This document shows positions 53,760 through 64,000 of a DNA stretch of 64,000 bases, in pieces; the first letter of the stretch is position 1, and every line of letters starts with the position of its first letter. This DNA comes from Octopus bimaculoides (taxonomy: Eukaryota), in the NCBI RefSeq assembly GCF_001194135.2, contig NC_068984.1, forward strand, positions 63,427,177 to 63,491,176, written 5' to 3'. Position numbers and translations under genes: made by a program. The notes below the pieces were generated by a model. The model was not told the origin of the DNA. It did no database searches and was given only the letters and a program-made list of their open reading frames with translations.

Positions 53760-53895
53760 CTGTTAGCTCTTTACAATTATTTCCTCGTTATGTAGGCCTC
53801 TTTTTCTGTTAGCTCCTTACTATTATTACCATGTCATATAGGCATATTTTGCTGTTAGATGTTTACAATTATTACATCGTTATATAGACCTGTTT
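53760..53895. repeat. 46-bp minisatellite x3 (diverged)
   Basis: Units starting CTGTTAG begin at 53760, 53806 and 53852. Confidence 0.85.
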
Positions 53896-55374
53896 GCAAA
53901 ATATGCGTTATTGTATCAACCAGTCGACGAATCTTTTAAATAGCTGTAAATTCTAACCCTCCTCGCGAAATATGAATATCAATATGTAACATCTCATCTT
54001 CATGAATTATTTTCATATGGTTTTAGGTCTATTTTTTACTTATCTAACTTTTTATCTCTCTCATTTTCTCTGTCTATCTATTTTTCTATCTTTCTGTCTG
54101 TGTATAAATGTATGTATATTCATACCTAGGTACATATATACATAGATACATAAATACACATATAGACATGTGTGTGCATGCATGTACATGTGTGTGAGTG
54201 TATGTATTTGAGTGTGTATGTGTGTGGTATTGCGGTCTGACTTTTTTTAAATACCACTTAGGTGGTACCATGTTATCTTCACTTCTAATATTACAATATT
54301 TTGATTATCAGTACCATCTTATCTTCTTCAATATGTGTATTTAATCTAGTTTAATGCGAATAGAATGTTTCTGTATAAGTATTGACACATGTTATCACTA
54401 TTATGCTATTAGAAGAAATCAAGAAAGCTATTCATCCTTTATCGAATACATTATAAGGAAGACATATTCAAATAATCACATTTGAAATCTGTTTATCTGA
54501 TAACTGTCAACTACTACTTTTGAATACATTATCATTCTTCTCTCGTACAGTGCGTTTGTAATTGATTTAGGTAACAGCTTTATCCTCCTGTATATAGCTT
54601 GAATATTTATGTGCTACGCTGTATAGAACATTCCTTAAATTTTCATACTTCGTAGGGGTAATATTCTTTATTACTCATGTAAAATATCACCGTTGTTTAT
54701 ATAAAACAGGCTTTTAGAATGTTACTCAGAATTTAGTGCATCACGTAAACGACTTTATAGCATCGTTTCCAAACTTTATGCACTTTTTCATTTCATATTC
54801 TTCGCTGTGAATAAAATGGAAAATAAGATATTGGAATTTAAGTTGTTGAAATATAAATCCATCCTAAAGGATCATATAAAGAGTGGAGATATTACTACAG
54901 CGATAAATTTAGCTTCATTTAAGTGATAATTATAACTGTTTTGCTACGAGAAAATTCATAGTTGGGTATTTAAAATTTGAATGGGAAAGATATTAAAAGT
55001 AAACTTAAATTACCCTTCAGAAATAAATGGCTGAAATACATTGGTCCAATCAGGAGAAGTATTATTAATATTGTCACAGATAAAGAATAAAGTGACATAG
55101 CTTGAATTCAGAGAAGGACATCTAGGATAAAACGGAAGAAATAGAAAGGTGTGGAAATTATCAAAGGTTATCCAAAAACACAGAAGAATAACTCTAGTGC
55201 TCCGTCAGAGAATTCATCAAAGCAAAGAAACTAAGTGAAGGAATTGAATTCTTATGTTAAAGAAATTGTGAACTGACACTATATATGTTCATGTGTGTGT
55301 GCGTGAGCATGTTTGTGTGAGCTCGTGTCTACATGCATATATATGTTTGACTGTGTAATGTACGTATATACAAA

Positions 55375-55580
55375 GGTAGTGAGCTGGCAAAATCGTTAGC
55401 ACATCGGACATAATACTTAGCGTATTTCTTCCGTCTTTAAGTTCTGATTTCAAAATCCGCCCAGTTAAACTTTGCTTTTCATCCTTTCGGAGACGATAAA
55501 ATAAGTATAAGTCCAGCACTTGGATCGATGCAATCGACTTACTCTCGGCCCGAAATTTCTGGACTTGCGTCAAATTTCAA
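55375..55580 (+). mobile_element. SINE family A copy
   Basis: GAGCTGGCAAAATCGTTAGCAC...TTTTCATCCTTTCGGAGACGATAAAATAAGT...GATCGATGCAATCGACTT. Confidence 0.8.
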
Positions 55581-56289
55581 ATTTGTATGTATATACGACA
55601 GTATAACAGTTCTACTATACAACATGTCATGTATAGAATTTTGACGTCAACGAATGCTTAATATTTAATGTATTTGATTTTAGATACAAACAGCGCCTCT
55701 TTAATGAAATTCTGAGGCACCTGTGATATTATTTCACTCAGTCACTCAGATTAACGAGATTAACTAAACAGAAAATAGTGACCCTCTTGTCTAGGCATAA
55801 TACGCCATATTGAAGAAGAATCTATTATTACGAGATTGATTCACATTGTGCTGGACGTAAAGCCTTAATTTGACCGAAGTGACGCTCTGCAAGCCAGCAA
55901 ATATCATTTCCTTTACATTACAGAAAATCAAAACCTATCCTTTGAAGAGGTATCACATTCGTTCTTGTATGAAACATCAACAGTGATGCATCTGAAGAGT
56001 TGTAGATGTCTTAGCAGAAAGGAATATACCTGAACAATTACGAGAAATAAGAGTGCAAAATATTTAATAAAATCTTTACAATGCATACACATACATAGTG
56101 AATAAATTATAATTGTGTGTAATTTCACATATAATAGCTATTACAATTTTAATAATAACTAAACCAAACTGAGGTGAAAAGGAAACAGTTTGGCTTAAAT
56201 TCTGTAAAACAAGAAACTATAGTATTAATGTTTTCAGTTGCATGGAAGTTCATAATGCATTATATTTTTAGCAATGTTTCTTTGAATTA

Positions 56290-58840
56290 CACTAAGCAAC
56301 AAACCTTTTACTACTATTAGACGAAATGGTGTTCATAGGTAATTTGGGGGTGCTGATCCCGAATCTGCAATCATTTTTGCTCTAGCACGTCACATTTCTG
56401 CGCTATGATTATTATACTGCTATCAAAATTACAATAATGTAAAATGAATGTTATATTAAGCGTAATTTACCGTTATTTGGTACAAGAACAATAGCAACTA
56501 GGTGGACAAGTAGCTCTAAAACCAATAAAACAAATCAAAAGCGTAAAGTGAATATTATTAATTTTATGTTTTTCAAAAAATTTATTTGACATCTTCTGTT
56601 ATGCTTATGTTGCATGTCCGTTTCTCGTTTTTTTTAAACAAAAAGCAGTAGTCCGTCAACATGTTAGGTGTAAGTCTGCCACTGTAGCGGGTTTCAAACG
56701 CTTTGATTTCTTGATAAAATCATCGTTCACCATATGCTCATCACTCACAACACCCGTATTGGGTGCAAAATAAGACTTGATGAGAGTGGAGAAAATGGAT
56801 TTTTAGAGACATTCTTGCCCCGAGTTGCTTATAAGATTTCAAAAAAGCATTCACAATAGCAACGTATTTAGATGAATTTTCATTTCCCAAAACAAACTTT
56901 TTACAAGTGAATCAAACGTTTCCCAAGCAGTTTTCTCTACTGGGTTTCATTTTTCTTGAAAAAGCTCATTACCAATTAGTGTGCAAATTTCTGCTCCATT
57001 AAAAACATCAGCTTTGATCTTAGCCTCACTCTTGCTAGAAACAATTTTTTCACTGAGCTATTTGAATCCTTCTCCTTTTTCATTTATGGTCTTAACAAAA
57101 TTCTTAAACAAGCCAAGTTTAATGTGTACGGGAGGAAGGTAAATTTTCTGAAGGTCAACTACAGGGATATATTTAACGCTGTATCTCCCTGGAGTGAAAT
57201 CATTTCTCTTTGGCCACTCTTTTTCATCATAGTCATACTTGTCATCTCTGCTTTTCCGAAGGCACAAAAAACAGTGATGATTTGTATACATCATTTGCAA
57301 CTCAAGAAGCAAACCGATAACTTTCAAGTCCCCGCATATATTCCACTTGTGCTCAGAATATTTAATCAAGTGCAAACTTTTAGCCATTGATTCATAAGTC
57401 TCCTTAATCGCACAGCATGTGCTTGTGGCATTGAAGGTTTTTGACTGTCATTATGCAGTAAAACAGATTTTAGGCTTGCTATGCTGGAATCTATGAAAAG
57501 TCTCCATTCTTCAGGAGTATGCCCGTACTCCATCTCACGTAGGAGTCCTTCAACACCACAACAAAAATAAATACCGTAAAATGTTATGCAATTTTGTATG
57601 CCGCTTTCGAAAATACGAGCATTTTACACCATCGTGTTAAAGATACCATTGTTTCAACCTGGAGCCCAATAGTTCTGACCTTTCTTTTGTTAAACCTAAG
57701 TCTCTAACTAAATCATTTAACTCAAGTTAGCTTAATAAATGAGGAACTGTTTTTGAAGATCCTGGTTCATCAGTCATCCTCTACATCACTCCGCATGCCT
57801 TCAATTGAAGTAGATGTAGTACTTACTTCACTTAAACAATCTGTGTGAAAAGATGAAGGATGTTCTGGAATTGAAATATATTCAGCAGCATGAGGAACTA
57901 GTTTTAAAGCTGAAGGGCAATCTGGATAAAAAATCTTGGATTTGTTCCTCTTAGAGAAACCTGTGATGTTACTTAATCAGAAATAGCAGTCGGTATAGTG
58001 GTCTGTTGCTTTGCACCATATCATTGGTACTGCAAATGACATACTTTTCCGTTTACCATTCAACTATTGGGTTAGCGTTATGTAGCAGTTTTCCAACAAA
58101 CATAAGACGCCCACAGTTTATCTTGGTCCCCAACTTTGCACCCAAAGTAAAGCTTGTAAGCATTTAAATTTTTCTTTGTAAGCTCATTTCTCTCATCTTT
58201 TGGCGTGAATTTTCCACACGTGTTACAAAAGCTGTACGGGTGATTATCACAAACTTTTCTGCTCATCATAAATACATAAGTAATAATCAAAATTAACGCT
58301 CAAGAAATTCTATCAGTACACTAAAATATAAAATTAATCATGAAGCAATTTTTTCCATCTCTAAATTTCATTGATCATTTAAATAACGATATTTACTACA
58401 AAACTACTTTTCATATAACCTGGCTATCTTATTTGATGTAATTTGTTTTAACAGCTCTAGCAGTTATCAAGAAAAGGGAGTCTGAGTGGCTTATTATAAT
58501 CTAATATCAATAGCCTACTCTAAGGAGGACTTGACTATAATTAGTGATAAAAAGTAAAATGAATTCTCATCGTGTGTGACAATTTAACACGTAGTCTAAA
58601 TTTCCCTCTATCAGCACTTATTTTTGTTTCATTGATGAGTATATTGAATGAAAATCGAAATCAAATAGCCTACTACTTTGTCAATATTATCAATTTGCTG
58701 GAACATCTAATGATGTGAATAACTAAAGAACTACACGTGCTATCTGAGAACTGATGTTAGATTCGTATTCAGCACCCTAAAATTACCTTAAATCAGCTGA
58801 AAATGTTTAAATAGTATGACTTTTTTTTTGTTGTCCAGTA
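56290..58840 (-). mobile_element. Near full-length Chapaev3-type (CMC) DNA transposon, 2551 bp
   Basis: Ends are TTA|CACTAAGCAACAAA and TTGTTGTCCAGTA|TTA (3-bp TTA TSD). Subterminal GGTAATTT.GGGTGCTGA...GAATCT is repeated in inverted orientation, and transposase motifs lie inside. Confidence 0.88.
56640..58270 (-). pseudogene. Chapaev3-type transposase, frameshifted with stops
   Basis: CDNHPYSFCNTCG...YFGCKVGDQDKLWA; DHYTDCYF; LNDLVRDLGLTKERSELLGSRLK; EWRLFIDSS; WNICGDLKVIGLL...LPPVHIKLGLFKNFVK...GEGF; GVVSDEH. Confidence 0.88.
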
Positions 58841-59873
58841 TTATTTAAACATTATAACATATTTATCTAAAGTGTTTTGCATTACTGAATATCAGAAAAT
58901 AATAAACACAAATTTGAATTCACTCAACTTAATGCAGCCTATGAGAGCAACACATTTTGTCAGCTGTTAATCTTAGAATTTGTTAATCTTAGAATTTGTT
59001 AAATAGAAAACAAATTAGCATTAAAATCTGAGAGATATTCATAGATAAACTACCTGTAGGTAATGAATGAATTAGCAGCTTTTTCGTAGTAACTTGCTTG
59101 AAAGTAAATATCCGACTTGAACTTTGTTGATTGTATAACCTGAACATAGCATGGCGTCTTTCTCTGCAATCATATAAATATCTGGAGAAAAAATATATTA
59201 TCCGTTACACACTCGATGACTTCGAATGGGCAACCATATATGTGTTTTATATTGTTTTTCACTTCGAGCTCATGCGTCTCAGACAACTTGCAAAATTCCA
59301 TATCTACAGAGAAGGGGATGTTGCGATTAAAAGACGGAGGCAGAGAAAGAGATAGACAGACGGACGGATGCAACGAGAGAGAGAGAGAGATGCTTGGAGA
59401 AAAAAAGAGAAAGGGAGAAAGATAGACGGAAAGCGTGAAAGAGAGGGGTGGTCAGCAATGGAGGACGTGAAAGAGGGAGGGAGGAAAAGAGAAGGAGAAA
59501 GGGAGAGGTAAAGGGAAAGAAGGAAATGTGAATATCTTTAGATGGGTATATTAAGGTAGCTAGGCACATTGGGCACACACAAACTTGTCTTTGTAAGAAG
59601 ACCTGTAGGAAATTACTTTATTACAGATTCCGTAACGTTAAATGACATCATTGGCATATTTGTGCGGTATAAATTCAGGCTAATCAAGCATTGTGAGTAA
59701 AATAAGATAGATCCAAACTTTAAGGTATCCAATCTTCGACCATAGACTTCGCTTCATAAATCATGGAATGTAACTCGATATCCAATTTGATACATCCACG
59801 TGACCATTATTTGAGTAAAGTAGTACGGTTTGAACATTCGAACAGAATGTCTTCTCTGCAGATAAATACTTAC

Positions 59874-59929
59874 TTTTTCCATTTCCGCAAAGCCTGAAGA
59901 CGTAATGGACGTTGTTTTGCGTACTATGA
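59874..59929 (-). CDS. Candidate 56-nt internal exon (IVRKTTSITSSGFAEMEK or HSTQNNVHYVFRLCGNGK), product unknown
   Basis: Acceptor ttgttttgtatgctattttag, donor AAA|gtaagt, two frames open. No homology is recognised. Confidence 0.2.
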
Positions 59930-60208
59930 CTAAAATAGCATACAAAACAAGCACGTTTTTAAGGAACCGCGTTTTGGACTCTCTTTCTATTCATGTTAGA
60001 ACTCCATCAATTACGTCTATCGAAATTAATGGAAATTTTACGAGCAGTTCCTCTCTTCTGAAGTAAACGTAATTGGTAATATGCCAACCTCCAAGAAAAG
60101 CAACAATAATTGAAATTATGGCAACAGCGTATCGCTATAAACATTCCTTATCTTAAGGACTCTCTTAGGTCCATGCTTAAACATATATGTACACACATAC
60201 ACACACAC

Positions 60209-60291
<83 letters not shown>

Positions 60292-61512
60292 AGCGATTTA
60301 AGTAAAAGATCGTCAAGGCTATATGAACAGTATTATATGCTGGTGTGATGGATATGTATGCGGAAGTTCAAAAGTAAATATTAATCCAGTTATCTGTGGA
60401 AGTATAGAATGTGATGAATAAAGGAAATACAATAACAATTTCTTTCAGCATGCATTAAGTTTACTCGTTATTATGTTCAAATATTTAATATTCCCTTTTT
60501 TACACATACTCGAATTCATATGTAGATCAAATTTGATTTGTATTTCAATCTACTGTTATTCCTCTATTTCATTATTTTTCCTTACAGGAATAAATACACA
60601 TTTCAAATGTACGTCATGTTATATATAGACATTTTGCCTGTCCTTTTATGAAGCATTTAAATAAAAAATTTCCCTGAGCTGTTCTCTCCAAATATGCTGC
60701 TCTAGGAATAAACAGTTAACGTAAACAGATATGCATTCGAAGCCTTACATTTCATAGTCTCATTTCTTTACCTTGGACTATTTTATAAGTGTTCTTTGCA
60801 TACTCAGATATATTCAAAGTGAGTCTGACTTTATCTATAGTTAATGCTTCTTGGAATCTACTTAAAGAAATCAATATTATATACACACTCGTAATGTAAT
60901 TTCCTGTAATTAAAAAAAACAGTAACATGTTTGATTCTCATTAGTTCACACATTCCAATTGGTAATACGTTCTCTCTTTTATAACGTTTGTACCATCTGA
61001 TTGTCTTTTTAGTTAAGATTATTTTTAAAGTTGATGAGCTTTCTATACTCTAAATAAATTCCAAAAGTGTAATAAGAGATTGACAGGAAAGCTTCCGTTT
61101 AAAATACTTTAGAGTTGACCCATTTACTGCTAGCTGACTTAAAATATTGACTTAAATATAAGCTTCAAAATGATGTCACACCACGACTACCATTTTCATA
61201 TTCCAAGTTAATACAGTAGATTATTCCACATATTCAATATATATTTCGACAAGCTCACATGGAATGCCTATGGCGATGCCTTTACTTTTCCTGCCCAATT
61301 TGTGATGGATAAATGAATTAACTATACTAGCATGTATATGTGATGCAATTTACACAACCTTTTCAGTGAGAATTTCCCTGAATACACTAAGCACTCGCAG
61401 GCAAAACTCAGAGACTAACGAGACCAAAAAATATATATATTAATTCCATGTCTGGTACTGAGTATTCTTTCTTCCGAAGTGCATATATATATACATATAT
61501 ATATATATATAC

Positions 61513-61557
<45 letters not shown>

Positions 61558-62699
61558 TAAGTGGTAGGTTTGCCTCAATCCTTCAGGGGTAGTCTGAAAC
61601 GTACGTAAGTGACTATGACATAATATACAAAATGACTCATTACATAACCTAAACCTCCACACTGACTCATTTCACAAGCTCCACATACTAAAACAACGGC
61701 TATCTAGTCCAACGAAGATGCTTTTTCTTGTATTTGTTGCTCCATTCTCCAAGTAAATATATATATATATATATACTGAGAGGAAAAGAGCAGAGAGAGA
61801 AGGAAGATAGAAAGAGAATGTACTCCTCAATGAATTATAAGCTTCGCTTAAATCCTAGTATATCACAGACAAAGCTCGCTGGTTTGCCAATATAATATTT
61901 GAAAATATATCATCAATTCTGTGGTTGAATATTAGTCAGAGTATATCGATCTAATAGTTATAAATCGTGTCTCAACCTACATTGTTTCGGAAATTAGTGT
62001 ATTTTGTTTGAGAGATGAATCATTCTATGAATTAAAATGGAAAGGTAAATAGGTAATAGCAGACGGAGGTGTGAGTGACTCTAAAAAACAACACGCTGTA
62101 TTATGATAAGCTTACATGACAAAACTAGAAATTACGTAGACCAATATAAACGAGATATTAGAGCATAATATTCAGAGGGATGCATTCCATGAAATTAGAT
62201 CCCTATCCCCGGAATCAGTGTTGAGTACTACGTAGGACGGTGAGGATGTAAATCTTAAATTTGTTTATCTTAATTGCAAATATTCCCTGAATTCGGTACA
62301 GCATATTTCCAAACTCATATACAAGTTTGCTTGGTAAGCTAAATGTAGTTACGACACAATATATAATCGCACACACTATTTGCTCTAATATAGTATTATT
62401 TTGTAGGCATTTGTAAGTGAAATGGTGAGTTCGGTCATTTGATGCTTTTATGAAGTAAAAAAGCATGAAGTGGAGTAAACATATATTTTGGATTCGAAAA
62501 GAGTGTTTGGCGTATCTAAATTATTGTGAGAACACTGCCGTATATTCTTCAGAGTATATTCATAAAAGAGAATTCAGATTGGAAACTGAATATACGTTGT
62601 ACGTTTCGTAAGATACATAGCAAAATTAATGCTATTTACATGTGAGTAAAAGTTTTAGTATAGAAAAGTATGTGCAAAGTGGAAACCTCGTAATTTCGA

Positions 62700-63170
62700 G
62701 ACACGGCGTAAACGAAGAAGAATGGCAGTCTGCTTAGATCTTATGCCAGGAGATCAGAACAGGAATATTCTATCTAACGTACTGAGATACACTGAGAAAT
62801 CCACAACATTCAAGAAGAGATTACGATGTATAACTCGTACAAGAAGCTGAAAAGGACACCCATTCATCGTTATATGCGTACGTCCTCACATCTTTGGCAA
62901 CAATTAAGTCAATTGATGAACTTGCCTGGTCAGTTGTCCACTTTAACTTCCACCTATCCTATCCAGTTCACGAAGGACGGTGTTCTGTACCATGGATTTC
63001 ATGGCAACGACGAGGTAAAAGTGGCTGTGAAGGAGAAAGTACTCCAGGGGATATTTTAATTTTTTTCAAAAAGGATTCACGTGTTTCGTTCAACGATGAT
63101 GCAAATGGGTTACTTGATTTTGAGAGAATATTAAATACCTTTGTATAAAGGAAGAGCTATTTCTCCAACA
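62700..63170 (+). mobile_element. Old mariner transposase 3' remnant
   Basis: GFHGNDEVKVAVKE...FFSKRIHVFVQR resembles the mariner C-terminus RFxSNDEVKxAV...GIxxLVxRW. Confidence 0.55.
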
Positions 63171-63209
63171 AGTATAATTTGATACCCTATATAATTTAAA
63201 AGTTAGAAT

Positions 63210-63440
63210 GGCGGCGAGCTGGCAGAATCGTTAGCACGCCAGGCGAAATGCTTAGCGGTATTTCGTCTGCCGTTACGTTATGAGTTCAAATTCCACCGAA
63301 TTCGACTTTGCCTTTCATCCTTTCGGGGTCGATTAAATAAGTACCTGTTACGCACTGGGGCCGATGTAATCGACTTAATCCCTTTGTCTGTCCTTGTTTG
63401 TTCCCTCTCTGTTTAGCCCCCTGTGGGCAATAAAGAAATA
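63210..63440 (+). mobile_element. Near-intact tRNA-derived SINE family A
   Basis: Head GGCGGCGAGCTGGCAGAATCGTTAGC, B box GAGTTCAAATTCC, ending AATAAAGAAATA. Several diverged relatives occur in the window. Confidence 0.88.
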
Positions 63441-63512
63441 CATATAAGCTAAAATGTTACAGTCTCTATTACATAGACACAAACTCATACACACAAACGC
63501 AGACACACGCAT

Positions 63513-63543
<31 letters not shown>

Positions 63544-64000
63544 CACACACACACATATATCTGCAGAAGTTTTACTGTGTATATTCACTGATACACTAGT
63601 TCTCAGGCTGAAAGAGCATGTATTATTCAACATACACTATAGCCAATCAGACAACTCAGAAACGGTATATTTTCGGTACAAGCTATAACAATGAAATTAC
63701 CAAATGTACTAAATGCATGCAGTATTTTCCTCTTATAAATACGTGGAAGCTTAAGTTGTTCAAATTTACTATCCAATAAATCAATAAATTGAAGTAAAAC
63801 GAATTTATAATAGATAAACGAACAAGACTGTAATGAAAGCTGCACCGTATTTATGTCAACGGAACAAATATATCTCTTGTTTGCGATCATTGTCCCTACA
63901 TAACCATACAAGATTCAGATTTTGTAGGCATGATATAGGGGATTGAAATATACCAATTAAAGAATGTATCTCTTCTACTAATTGTATATAATTAAATTTG

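Noticed and set aside
53760-53895. CRISPR-like repeat-spacer pattern
   Set aside because: The would-be spacers are homologous to each other, the context is eukaryotic, and there are no cas genes.
1-64000. Most long ORF-track entries (YI, CV, SL, RE, poly-L/E/K/N/Y and X-rich proteins)
   Set aside because: They are translations of microsatellites or N-gaps, which contain no stop codons.

Overview
AT-rich (roughly one-third GC) animal genomic DNA with about 11 N-gaps, most of them at microsatellites. The repeat families look like those of octopus/cephalopod genomes (inference from memory, not a database result). I cannot name any host gene. The window reads as intergenic or deep intronic, and most ORF-track entries are microsatellite or N artefacts. 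It is mainly a transposon graveyard: Penelope-like (GIY-YIG) fragments, R4/Dong-like LINE ends in (TAA)n tracts, RTE and CR1 remnants, two mariner remnants, a near full-length Chapaev3-type element with TTA target-site duplications, a Helitron-like fragment, a 270-bp MITE and at least two tRNA-derived SINE families. The most interesting signal is a set of minimal type I hammerhead ribozyme motifs: 8 copies in 3 sequence families, with one core-intact copy at 39755-39800. They lie in Penelope terminal repeats that recur as inverted pairs. The most complete terminal repeat (14004-14301) places a tRNA-like Pol III promoter and a microsatellite linker directly upstream of the ribozyme. No prokaryotic system or CRISPR array is supported.
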